15,321 nucleotides of DNA, from NCBI GenBank assembly GCA_038320275.1, contig JBBQEB010000091.1:1-15321 (forward strand), written 5' to 3'. This DNA is from Myxococcales bacterium (GTDB taxonomy: Bacteria > Myxococcota > Myxococcia > Myxococcales > Anaeromyxobacteraceae). Positions 6,043 through 14,320 of the stretch are shown here, piece after piece. Every line of letters starts with the position of its first letter. Positions within the stretch are counted from its first letter, which is position 1. The position numbers were made by a program, and so were the translations under genes. The notes beneath the pieces were generated by a model that was not told where the DNA came from, searched no databases, and saw nothing but the letters and a program-made list of their open reading frames with translations.

Positions 6043-8361
6043 ATGATCTCATTTCACTGGAGCCATGTGGTGTTAGCCTCAGCAATTACGAGCGTAGTAT
6101 CTGCCGGTAGTTGCTATCCGCCGCCGACAAACGCTCCTGTTCAGGGATGGGTTGACCTTGCGACAACGAACCGCGTCGCTGGGTGGGCCTCCGATCCCGA
6201 CCGACCAGATACGCCGATTACGGTCACGGTCCAGCTTACAAACAGCTCAGGACTGCCGCTTACAGACGGCTCAGGCAATCCGTACGTCTTTTCCTCAGTA
6301 GCCGCAATCCCACGATCTGACGTCGGGGCTCATGGGTTTGACATTACCTATCTTGCACCAGTTCAAGGCGTGTATAGCGTAACCGTTGCCGCCGAAGACT
6401 ACGATAGCTCCGGCGCGTATCTCGGAACTATGGGGCTTAGCGGTTCGCCTGCAGTTGTGATTAACAACCCACTCGGGGACAGGTTTTGGCGGATGTCATT
6501 CTTGGACGACTTCCGTGGACCTACAGGCAAACCAACCGATGACTTCTGCTTTAATCAGGTCAGGCCACAATGTATCGCCGAAGGTGACAACCAGACCATC
6601 GACTGCGACCAGGCGAATGCGCCGTCGCAGTTCACATACAGGGCCATGCCCGCGAATATGGCGGCCGCCGTCAAGACGCTAGATTCAAGTCGACCTTGGG
6701 AACTGCTCGATAGCGAGACAGTTAGGGCTCGCTATAGCCAGATTGTGTCCCATAATATGCAGTTCTTGGACAAGTGCACCTGGAGCGCCTACCAGCTTAC
6801 CAACATCTGGGCAACCGATTATCACGGTAACTACTCATCGCGCTTTGACCCCACGCAAGTACGTGTTGACCCAACCGGAAAGGGGTACCTCGCGCTTTCC
6901 GCTGTCAAGGCTCCGGTAGACTACGATTGCCCCTATGGCGGCAACGTGGCTGGACCGAACTGCGGCTTGTTCAGCTTCGCACCCGACTTACTCGCGCCGG
7001 GGGTCGGATACTGGGTCGACGCCAGCACGGAGTACCAGGGAGTTTATTACGCGCAGGTTGATGGTGCTTGCACCCATGGCGGCTTTCCGAGAGGCCCCAA
7101 TTGCTGCGTTCAGACGTTCGCGCCCGGTTTTTTGGATCCCGCAATGCACTACTGGGTTGACGCCAATTATAATGCAATCTTCTACAGGAACACTACATAC
7201 AGATGCGCCGTGGACAGAGGCAGCTTAGACCTCACGTGTCCCATCCTGAATGGCGGCCTCAGCAGCAAAATCCTTCAAGCGCTGAGCGCGCCTGGCGCAA
7301 CTCGCGGCAACGTCCAGCTCAGGGGCCGCTTCGAGGTGAAGGCCCGTATTCCAAAGGGTCCCGGTTCCTTTCCTGCGGCATGGCTGATGCCCCAGAGCGG
7401 AGGTTGGCCGTTCGAGGGCGGAGAGATTGACCTTATGGAGGCTCGGGATGCTGCCGACGCCGTCTTTCAGACCTACCATCATGGTAAATGTTACCTGCAG
7501 GAAAGCGCCGGCGTGATCGACTTGTCGGTCGCTTCGCCGCCAGTGTTGAGTCGGGGTGATTGCCTCAATACTCCCGGGGGGATCTCGGCAAGTCTTTCCA
7601 AAGAGTTCCAGACATCAGCAGCAAGCGCCAATGAGTTTTGGCAGCGTGACCACGTATTCGCGGTTCAGTGGAAGGGCAACACGCTCGAGTACTACCTAAA
7701 CTCAAGGCACGTCGGCACTGTCGCTCCTGGCTCCGCTGCGACTGCGCTGCGCATGGATATGTCGGGGCAAGCCGCGCCTCAATCAATCGCATCGTTAGGG
7801 ATCGTCAATTTCCCGACTAGCCCCATGTTCTACATTTTAAATCATAGCGCCTATGTCCCGCCGGCCGGCTGGTCCTCGTTTCAACCGCAGACGCTTCTGA
7901 TCGACTACGTCAAGTCCTATGCCAGTTGCGACGCGCAGACCGATTTGTGTCCGTGCGGCGGAGTCTTTCAAGAAGGGGTCGGATGCGTGCTGTCTAGCGC
8001 AACGGCACTAACCTGCAATGTCCCAACAACAGTTGGGGGACTTGTGTACTCCAGTCCGTGTGTCGAGCTGGATCGCCAGTGCGTGAATGGCGGCAGCCCG
8101 TCGGGACCGAATTGCCAAGTGGTTAGCTTCAATCCCGGCGATGTCGTCCAAGGAGTGACCTATTGGGTGGACAGTGATCCGCGTTGGCCGGGCGTGTATT
8201 ATGCGCAACGTGACGGGGCATGTGTGTACGGCGGGTCTCCAGCGGGCCCAAACTGCAGCGCCCGCGCGTTTGCCTCTGACGTGCTTGAGCCCGGCGTGCA
8301 CTATTGGGTTGACGCAGATCCTCGCTTTCCTGGTGTATACTATGCGCCCGACTTCAGGTAG
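6043..8361 (+). CDS. Secreted multi-domain GH16 glycoside hydrolase (beta-glucanase/laminarinase-like) with four Cys-rich repeats
   Basis: AAGGAG SD at 6027-6032. GH16 landmarks appear in order: WRMSFLDDF, VRVD..GYLALSA, GRFEVKARIPKGPGSFPAAWLMP, WPFEGGEIDLME (ExDxxE at 7423-7440), HVFAVQW, PMFYILN, IDYVKSY. Also a hydrophobic N-terminus and a GWASDPD...HGF module. Confidence 0.9.
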   Translation: MISFHWSHVVLASAITSVVSAGSCYPPPTNAPVQGWVDLATTNRVAGWASDPDRPDTPITVTVQLTNSSGLPLTDGSGNPYVFSSVAAIPRSDVGAHGFDITYLAPVQGVYSVTVAAEDYDSSGAYLGTMGLSGSPAVVINNPLGDRFWRMSFLDDFRGPTGKPTDDFCFNQVRPQCIAEGDNQTIDCDQANAPSQFTYRAMPANMAAAVKTLDSSRPWELLDSETVRARYSQIVSHNMQFLDKCTWSAYQLTNIWATDYHGNYSSRFDPTQVRVDPTGKGYLALSAVKAPVDYDCPYGGNVAGPNCGLFSFAPDLLAPGVGYWVDASTEYQGVYYAQVDGACTHGGFPRGPNCCVQTFAPGFLDPAMHYWVDANYNAIFYRNTTYRCAVDRGSLDLTCPILNGGLSSKILQALSAPGATRGNVQLRGRFEVKARIPKGPGSFPAAWLMPQSGGWPFEGGEIDLMEARDAADAVFQTYHHGKCYLQESAGVIDLSVASPPVLSRGDCLNTPGGISASLSKEFQTSAASANEFWQRDHVFAVQWKGNTLEYYLNSRHVGTVAPGSAATALRMDMSGQAAPQSIASLGIVNFPTSPMFYILNHSAYVPPAGWSSFQPQTLLIDYVKSYASCDAQTDLCPCGGVFQEGVGCVLSSATALTCNVPTTVGGLVYSSPCVELDRQCVNGGSPSGPNCQVVSFNPGDVVQGVTYWVDSDPRWPGVYYAQRDGACVYGGSPAGPNCSARAFASDVLEPGVHYWVDADPRFPGVYYAPDFR
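6928..7203 (+). repeat. Protein repeats R1-R2 (~47 aa) inserted in the GH16 domain
   Basis: CPYGGNVAGPNC..GVGYWVDA..GVYYAQVDGA and CTHGGFPRGPNC..MHYWVDA..AIFY; starts 6928 and 7069 (141-nt period). Confidence 0.9.
8080..8358 (+). repeat. Protein repeats R3-R4 (~47 aa) at the GH16 protein C-terminus
   Basis: CVNGGSPSGPNC..GVTYWVDSDPRWPGVYYAQRDGA and CVYGGSPAGPNC..GVHYWVDADPRFPGVYYA; starts 8080 and 8221 (141-nt period). Confidence 0.92.
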
Positions 8362-8378
8362 GGCCGAGTCCGCTAAAA

Positions 8379-9137
8379 ATGACTACTCCTTACACGCCGG
8401 CCTTTTATGCTAAGTGGCGAGGAACCTCGCTCGCGTCGGCGCAGCGGATCGTGCCGTTCGTTGTCGATATCGTGCAGCCGCGCTCAGTAGTCGATGTAGG
8501 CTGTGGTGTAGGAACGTGGCTCACGGCCTTCCAGTCCTCAGGCGTGACCAAATTCCTGGGCATCGACGGCACGCATGTGAGACCGGAACAGCTTCTGATT
8601 CCGCCTCACCTGTTTTGCGCAACCGATCTTGCCGCCAGCATCGACGTGGGCCAGACCTTTGACCTTGCAGTTTCGTTGGAGGTGGCCGAACACCTCCCGA
8701 CGAGTCGGGCTGAATCTTTCGTTGCCGACCTCGTGCGCCTCGCCCCCGTGGTGCTGTTTTCTGCGGCGGTCCCTTTCCAGGAAGGGGAAGGTCACATCAA
8801 TGAGCAGTGGCCTGCGTACTGGGCGGAACTTTTCACGAGGCACGAGTATGTATCGGTCGACTGCATCAGGCAGCAATTCTGGTGCGACGAGAAAGTGGAG
8901 TACTGGTATAGTCAGAACACCTTGCTTTATGTAAAGCGCGACCGTTTGAATCGAGGCGCCACCAGGTTGCGGGAGCTATACGAAGCCGCGCGCCCTGGAG
9001 CCCCCCTTCCTTTCGTGCACCCGCTGCGGTACTTGGACCTAGCGGATCCGCGACGCATGTCTCTCGCTAGGTCCCTAAAGACCATACCAAAGGTAGCTGC
9101 GTCGATGCTGCTCCGTCGATTGAGCAAACGCTCGTAA
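8379..9137 (+). CDS. Class I SAM-dependent methyltransferase (type often seen in surface-glycan loci)
   Basis: VVDVGCGVGTWL motif I, FLGIDG, FDLAVSLEVAEHL and FSAAVPFQEGEGHINEQ; starts 17 nt after the GH16 stop. Confidence 0.9.
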   Translation: MTTPYTPAFYAKWRGTSLASAQRIVPFVVDIVQPRSVVDVGCGVGTWLTAFQSSGVTKFLGIDGTHVRPEQLLIPPHLFCATDLAASIDVGQTFDLAVSLEVAEHLPTSRAESFVADLVRLAPVVLFSAAVPFQEGEGHINEQWPAYWAELFTRHEYVSVDCIRQQFWCDEKVEYWYSQNTLLYVKRDRLNRGATRLRELYEAARPGAPLPFVHPLRYLDLADPRRMSLARSLKTIPKVAASMLLRRLSKRS

Positions 9138-9174
9138 AGACCTGGAAGCGCGACCTCCTTCCTGGATACGCCTC

Positions 9175-9432
9175 TCAATCGAGTTGCACCACGATCGTCC
9201 CCGCCCGCTGGTTCAGGCGCTCTACCGCCGCGTAGAGCGCCGAAAGGGGCGAGTCGCCGAAGCCGCTCGCCGACCGCGGGGCGTTCCGGCGCGCGCCCGG
9301 CCCGGCCATGATGCGGGCGCTGGCGCGGCCGGACGCGTGGTCGGGCCACACGCGCACCTGCATGCCGGCCCGGTAGAGCGCCATGAGGGCTCGACCGGTC
9401 TCGACCGCAACCCGCTCGTCTGCGATGGCCAT
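9175..9432 (-). CDS. Hypothetical protein (85 aa)
   Basis: GGAG SD before ATG, host-like codon usage and protein-like sequence MAIADERVAVETGRALMALYRAGMQVRVWPD...GFGDSPLSALYAAVERLN. Confidence 0.75.
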   Translation of the reverse strand: MAIADERVAVETGRALMALYRAGMQVRVWPDHASGRASARIMAGPGARRNAPRSASGFGDSPLSALYAAVERLNQRAGTIVVQLD

Positions 9433-9611
9433 CTGGCTCCGTCGCCGTAGCGCGGCTGGATTTCGAACGGGGCCATGCTAGCGAAGCTCCCGTCCGAGGC
9501 CAGTTTACGACGGGAACGGGTCTCTCCCGTGGAGCCGGCGGCTGCCATCCGGGTGGGATGGCCGCCACTCACCTCTTGACGGTGCAGGTTCAGGGGCACA
9601 CGTTTTCACCC

Positions 9612-9941
9612 ATGCGCGCGCGCTGGGCCAGCTTTGCGGTGGGGATGTGGCTCCTCCACGCGCCCCTCGTGCTCGGCCACGCGAGCATCGTCGCCGTGCT
9701 GCACGACGTGGCGCTGGGGCTCCTCCTCTGCGTGGTCGCGCTCGCCTCCATGGAGTGGCCGCTGGCCCGCTTTGGGCTCGTGCTCCCGGCGGTGGCGCTC
9801 CTCTCTGGCGAACTGCTGGGCTTCACCCACGGGCTCGCCGGCGCCAACGACGCCGCGGTGGGCGCGGCCACCCTGGGGCTGAGCCTGGTGCCCGGCGGGA
9901 AGCTCGCGCCCGAGCGCGCTCCGGCGAAGATGGCGGCGTGA
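9612..9941 (+). CDS. SPW-repeat-like small membrane protein (109 aa)
   Basis: About four hydrophobic segments and pattern W..FAVGMWLLHAPLVLG...HDVALG / LLGF...ANDAAVG. GTGA overlap with the next gene; start uncertain (9558 is an alternative). Confidence 0.7.
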   Translation: MRARWASFAVGMWLLHAPLVLGHASIVAVLHDVALGLLLCVVALASMEWPLARFGLVLPAVALLSGELLGFTHGLAGANDAAVGAATLGLSLVPGGKLAPERAPAKMAA

Positions 9942-11830
9942 ACGCAGCCGAGCGGGCCCTCTCGGCCCTCGATGGTCTCCCTCCCGAGGAGCAACTTTGC
10001 GCCGCGCAGGCGCGGCTCTCGGGGAAGCGCGCCGGCCCGCTCGAGACCTTCGAGGTCGGCAGCGAGCTCGTTCCCGGCGCGGACCGGCTCGACGGAAGCT
10101 TGCTGGAGACGCTCGCCGTCCGCGGCCTCGGCGGTGCGCGCGGCGCGGTGTTCACTCCGCCCGCGGAGGCGCGGATCCTGGCTGCGCTCGGGCTCGCGCG
10201 CGCGGCGGTCCGGCGGGGAGCGGAGGAGGGCGAGGCGCTGCGGGCCCTGCTCGGCCTCGAGCCCGCGACCGCCCGCGTGTCGGCGAGCCTGCGCGCCATC
10301 GCCGTCCTCGACCCTGCCTGTGGAGGCGGGGCGCTCCTCGCCGCGGCGCTCGCGCTGGTGCGCCGCTGCGGGGCCGAGCCGGTGCTGCGCGGGCTCGACG
10401 TGGCGCCGCTCGCCGCGGAGGCGACGCGCGCCCGCCTCACGCTCCTCGGCGCAGACGCGGAGATCGCTTGGGCGGACGCCCTCCTCGAGGAGTGGCCTCC
10501 CTGCGATCTCGTCCTCGCAAACCCGCCCTTCCTCCGGCACGAGGCGCTCGCGCCCGCCGAGAAGGCGCGGGCGGTGGCCCGGACCGGACTGCCTGCGCGG
10601 GCGGATCTCTCCGCGCACCTCGCGCTGCTGGCGCTCTGCCACGCACCCGACGTCGCGCTCGTGTGGCCCCGCGCCCTCGACGGCTCGCGCTCGGCGGCAG
10701 CGCTCCGCACCGAGGCGCGCGCGCGCGGCGGGTTCAGCTTTCGGCTCCGCTCTCGCGCGTCCGGCAGCTTCGCGGCGTCCGTCGAGACTGCGCTCGCCGT
10801 TTGGTCGCTGGGCGCCCCCGAACGCCCCACCGCCGAGGCCGACGTGCCGCTCCCGGAGCTCTCGCCCGCGGAGCTCGCCGGCCTCGCCGACGGCAAGGGG
10901 AGCACGCGCCTTCATTTCCTGCGCGGCGGCCCCGGCCCCTCCCTCGCGCCCGGCTCGCTGCGCCTCCGGGACGTGTGCGCGGTCCGCTTCGGCGTGAAGA
11001 CGGGCTGCAACGGCTTCTTCCACCTCCAGCCACTGGGGGCCGGGAGGTTCGTGAGCCGCCTCGCCGGCGAGGTCGCCCTTCGGCCAAAGGACGCTCCGCC
11101 GGTGCTCACCTCTCTCAAGGAGGCGTCGGCCCCGTGCCTGGTGGCGCCCCGCTCCCTGCTGTTCCGGCCGCTCGCCCCGGGCCCCGACGCCCTCGCCTAC
11201 GCCGCCCGCGGAGAGGCCCTGGGGGTGCACCGCCGGCCCACCTGCCGGCAGCGCAGACCATGGTGGAGCGTCGCGCACGGGCGGGCTCCGGCGCCGGTCC
11301 TCTATCCGGCCAAGGTGGGCGCGCGCGCCTTCGCGGTGCTCAACGAGGCGGGACTGTGGGAGGACAAGAAGTGGCACGCGCTCTTCCCGGGCGAGGAGGT
11401 CGCGCCCTGGCTCGTGGCGGCGGTACTCCTCGCCACCCCCGTCCGGCTGGCGGTGGACGCCGGTGCCCGCCAGCTCACCGGAAAGCAGGCCATCGCCGAC
11501 GTGGATTGCCACGTGCTCGCCTCGGCCCCTTTCCCCGCGCTGGAGCGGCTGGCCGAGGTGCGGCCCGCGATCGCGGAGGCGTGGGCGGGGCTGGCGCGCG
11601 ACCCGGTGACGACGGATCTGGAGGCCATGCTGAAACGGCCTGCGCAGCTCGCGCTCGACCTCGCAGTGGGCGAGGCGCTCGGGCTCGGACCTCCGGCGGT
11701 TCACCAGAGGAGGGCCGAGCTCCTCGAGCTCGTCCTGCGCCGCATCGCCCGGGGCACGAAGGTGCGCTCGGCCATCGCCGCCTCGGCCGCCGCGGGCCCG
11801 CGGCGCGACCGGACCCTCGTCCACGGATGA
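9938..11830 (+). CDS. N6-adenine DNA methyltransferase (gamma-type motif order, TaqI/Eco57I-like), apparently orphan (630 aa)
   Basis: Motif X GAVFTP (10142), motif I VLDPACGGGALL (10304), motif IV LANPPF (NPPF at 10520-10531), then VRFGVKTGCNGFF at the start of a TRD-like half. GTG start overlaps the upstream TGA. Confidence 0.85.
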   Translation: MNAAERALSALDGLPPEEQLCAAQARLSGKRAGPLETFEVGSELVPGADRLDGSLLETLAVRGLGGARGAVFTPPAEARILAALGLARAAVRRGAEEGEALRALLGLEPATARVSASLRAIAVLDPACGGGALLAAALALVRRCGAEPVLRGLDVAPLAAEATRARLTLLGADAEIAWADALLEEWPPCDLVLANPPFLRHEALAPAEKARAVARTGLPARADLSAHLALLALCHAPDVALVWPRALDGSRSAAALRTEARARGGFSFRLRSRASGSFAASVETALAVWSLGAPERPTAEADVPLPELSPAELAGLADGKGSTRLHFLRGGPGPSLAPGSLRLRDVCAVRFGVKTGCNGFFHLQPLGAGRFVSRLAGEVALRPKDAPPVLTSLKEASAPCLVAPRSLLFRPLAPGPDALAYAARGEALGVHRRPTCRQRRPWWSVAHGRAPAPVLYPAKVGARAFAVLNEAGLWEDKKWHALFPGEEVAPWLVAAVLLATPVRLAVDAGARQLTGKQAIADVDCHVLASAPFPALERLAEVRPAIAEAWAGLARDPVTTDLEAMLKRPAQLALDLAVGEALGLGPPAVHQRRAELLELVLRRIARGTKVRSAIAASAAAGPRRDRTLVHG

Positions 11831-14019
11831 GCCGCCGGCCGCTCCTCACCGCAGCAGCCCTCGTCCTCGCCGCGCTGGCGGGGGGCGGACGCGCGGCCGA
11901 GGACCGCGTCGAGGCCCGGACCTCGACCCCCAGCCGGCCCAGCGCGCTCGCCATCGCGCTGGACGAGATCGTCGCGCGAACGCCGCTCCACGCCGCGCGC
12001 ACCGGCATCCTGGTGACGTCGCTCGACACCGGCGCGGTGCTCTACGCCCGCAACCCCGACGCCCTCCTCAACCCGGCGTCCAACGTGAAGCTCTTCACCA
12101 GCGCCGCCGTCCTGGCGCGGCTCGGCCCCGAGTACCGCTTCCGGACGGAGCTCTCGACCGACGTGGCCCCCTCCGGCGGCTCGGTGGGCGCGCTCTACGT
12201 GAGGGGCCGCGGAGACCCCACCTTCGTCACCGAGCGCATGTGGCTCCTGGCAGCCGAGATCGCGCACCACGGGGTGAAGGTGGTCCGGGGCGACCTGGTG
12301 GTGGACGACACCTTCTTCGACGAGGCGCGCGAAGGGCCCGGCTACGACCAGGAGCGCGGCGACCGCTCCTACCTCGCGCCGGTGGGCGCGCTCTCGCTCA
12401 ACTTCAACAGCGTCGCCATCCACGTCGTGCCGGGGCTGCGCGTGGGAGAGCGGGCGCGCGTCGAGGTCGAGCCTCCCAGCGATTATCTGGAGGTGGAGAG
12501 CCGGCTCACGACCGTGAAGGCGAGTGGCCGGCGCCGGGTGCAGCCCTCGTCGATGCGGCTCGGGAACGGCCGCTGGCGCGTCGCGGTGGAAGGGCGCATC
12601 CCCCTTGGCAGCCAGGAGACGGTGCTCTATCGCCGCGTCGGCGACCCTCCGATCTACTTCGGCGCGACGCTGAAGCGCCTCCTCGACCTGCGTGGCGTGC
12701 GCGTGACGGGCGCGGTGAGGCGCGGCGCGGTCCCGGTGGGCGCGCGCCCGCTCCTGCAGGTCGAGTCGGTGGAGCTGGGAGAGATCGTGCGCATGCTCGA
12801 CAAGAGCTCCAACAACTTCATGGCGGAGCAGCTCCTCAAGACGCTGGGCGCGGAACGGAAGGGCACCCCCGGCACCTGGCCCAAGGGGGTGGAAGCGGTG
12901 GAGGACTTCCTCGCCGAGGTGGGCATCCCGCGCGGCGGCTACGTGCTCAAGAATGGGTCCGGGCTCAACGACACCAATCGCTTCACCCCGCGCCAGACGG
13001 TGACCCTGCTGCGCGCCATGTGGTCCCGCTTTTCCCTCCTCCCCGACTTCCTCGCGGCGCTTCCCGCGGCGGGCAAGGACGGCACCACGCGCTACCGCAT
13101 GGGCGCCGCCGAGGGCCGGGTGCGGGCGAAGACGGGCACGCTGGAGACGGCCGTCTGCCTCTCCGGGTACGCCGAGACGGCCGGGTACGAGCGGCTCGCC
13201 TTCTCGGTCCTGGTGAACGACTTTGCAGGCCGCGCGCACCCGGTGGTGCGGGCCGTCGATGCGATCGGAAACGCGCTGGCCGCGGCGGGCGGAGCTCCTG
13301 CGGCGCTGGGCGCGGCGGTGGCCTCCGCGGCGCCGCCCGGGCTCGGCGCCGGCAAGGAGGCGGAGGCCGACCTCGCGGCCCACCTCGCGAGCTACGTCCA
13401 GCTCGGCCGCGCCGCCGAGCGCGGGAACGTCCCCTTCCTGCGCAGCTCGCTCGCGACGGAGAGCGACCCGGTGCTTCGCCTCGCCGCGGCGGAGGCGCTC
13501 TATCGCTCCGATCCGGATTCCGACGCCGCCCGGCGGCTGCTGCTCGACGCGGTGGCGGCCGACGGCGCGAGCTTTCCCCGGCTGCGCGCGCTCCTCGCGA
13601 AGGTGCCTTCCGCGCCGCTGCCTCTCCTGCCCTCGGTGGCGGACCTCGCCTCGGAGGGCGGCGTCGACGCGCTGGCGCGGCTCATCGACCTGTCACCGCT
13701 CGCCGCAGCCGATCCCGCGCTGCGCGACGCGTTGTCGGACCTGTGGAACGACGTGGCCCGGCAGGCGCCCGACGAGACCGTGCGCGCGCTGCGCATCGCA
13801 CCGGCCGTGGCATCGGAGGCCGCGGTGGCGGCGCTCGCGCAGGGCCTCGCGCGGGATCGCCAGGGTGAGCACCCCTTCCTCCCTGCCGTCCACCGAGCCA
13901 GCTCCGATCCGGACGGCGAGGTGGCCGCCTACGCCCAGGGACTGGAGGCCCGCCTCGTTGCCGCGCGATCCGCCCGCGAGGCGGGCGGGCCACCCACGGT
14001 GGGGCCCGCGCCACGGTGA
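11827..14019 (+). CDS. dacB: D-alanyl-D-alanine carboxypeptidase/endopeptidase (PBP4, peptidase S13) with C-terminal helical extension (730 aa)
   Basis: ATG 11827 in an ATGA overlap; signal peptide MSRRPLLTAAALVLAALA; PASNVK SxxK (12079), GRGDP, SNN (12808), NGSGL and KTG (13129). Confidence 0.93.
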   Translation: MSRRPLLTAAALVLAALAGGGRAAEDRVEARTSTPSRPSALAIALDEIVARTPLHAARTGILVTSLDTGAVLYARNPDALLNPASNVKLFTSAAVLARLGPEYRFRTELSTDVAPSGGSVGALYVRGRGDPTFVTERMWLLAAEIAHHGVKVVRGDLVVDDTFFDEAREGPGYDQERGDRSYLAPVGALSLNFNSVAIHVVPGLRVGERARVEVEPPSDYLEVESRLTTVKASGRRRVQPSSMRLGNGRWRVAVEGRIPLGSQETVLYRRVGDPPIYFGATLKRLLDLRGVRVTGAVRRGAVPVGARPLLQVESVELGEIVRMLDKSSNNFMAEQLLKTLGAERKGTPGTWPKGVEAVEDFLAEVGIPRGGYVLKNGSGLNDTNRFTPRQTVTLLRAMWSRFSLLPDFLAALPAAGKDGTTRYRMGAAEGRVRAKTGTLETAVCLSGYAETAGYERLAFSVLVNDFAGRAHPVVRAVDAIGNALAAAGGAPAALGAAVASAAPPGLGAGKEAEADLAAHLASYVQLGRAAERGNVPFLRSSLATESDPVLRLAAAEALYRSDPDSDAARRLLLDAVAADGASFPRLRALLAKVPSAPLPLLPSVADLASEGGVDALARLIDLSPLAAADPALRDALSDLWNDVARQAPDETVRALRIAPAVASEAAVAALAQGLARDRQGEHPFLPAVHRASSDPDGEVAAYAQGLEARLVAARSAREAGGPPTVGPAPR

Positions 14020-14320
14020 GGCACGGGAGACCGGCTCTTGCCTCCTTCGGTGCAGCCGAGCAGCACGACTCTCGCCCGGGCGTCCATCCAACGCAGCCGC
14101 GCTGCGGGAGCACATCGCTGTGCGCTCGGTTCCGGTCACCTGGCTCGTGTACACGCACTTGCAAACTCCCCGCCTCCGTCCATCCCGGACGGCCGCAGGT
14201 CATGCGCAGCTTCGAGCGGGTCGCTTTCGGGTCGCTTGCCTGCGCCGGCCGGCTGTCAGATCCGCCCGGTAGGTTCCTCCCTCGCCGAGAACCTGGCGTT
14301 CGAACGAAAGGAGCCTCGCC

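Larger units (their letters stand above)
4100..9140. mobile_element. Putative horizontally acquired islet (fic, remnant, GH16, methyltransferase)
   Basis: Visibly lower GC and many A/T-ending codons, especially 6043-9137, versus very GC-rich flanks. No integrase, tRNA or att repeat seen; boundaries are approximate. Confidence 0.55.

Noticed and set aside
4019..9145. Terminal repeats for the islet (CCAGGTC near 4019 / GACCTGG near 9139)
   Set aside because: Only 7 bp, expected by chance. No target duplication, integrase or attC-type structure was seen.
9997..11826. 1340-aa ORF suggesting a giant DacB fusion
   Set aside because: The upstream part is an Arg/Pro/Gly-rich shadow frame over the methyltransferase. 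The real start is ATG 11827, which begins a signal peptide.
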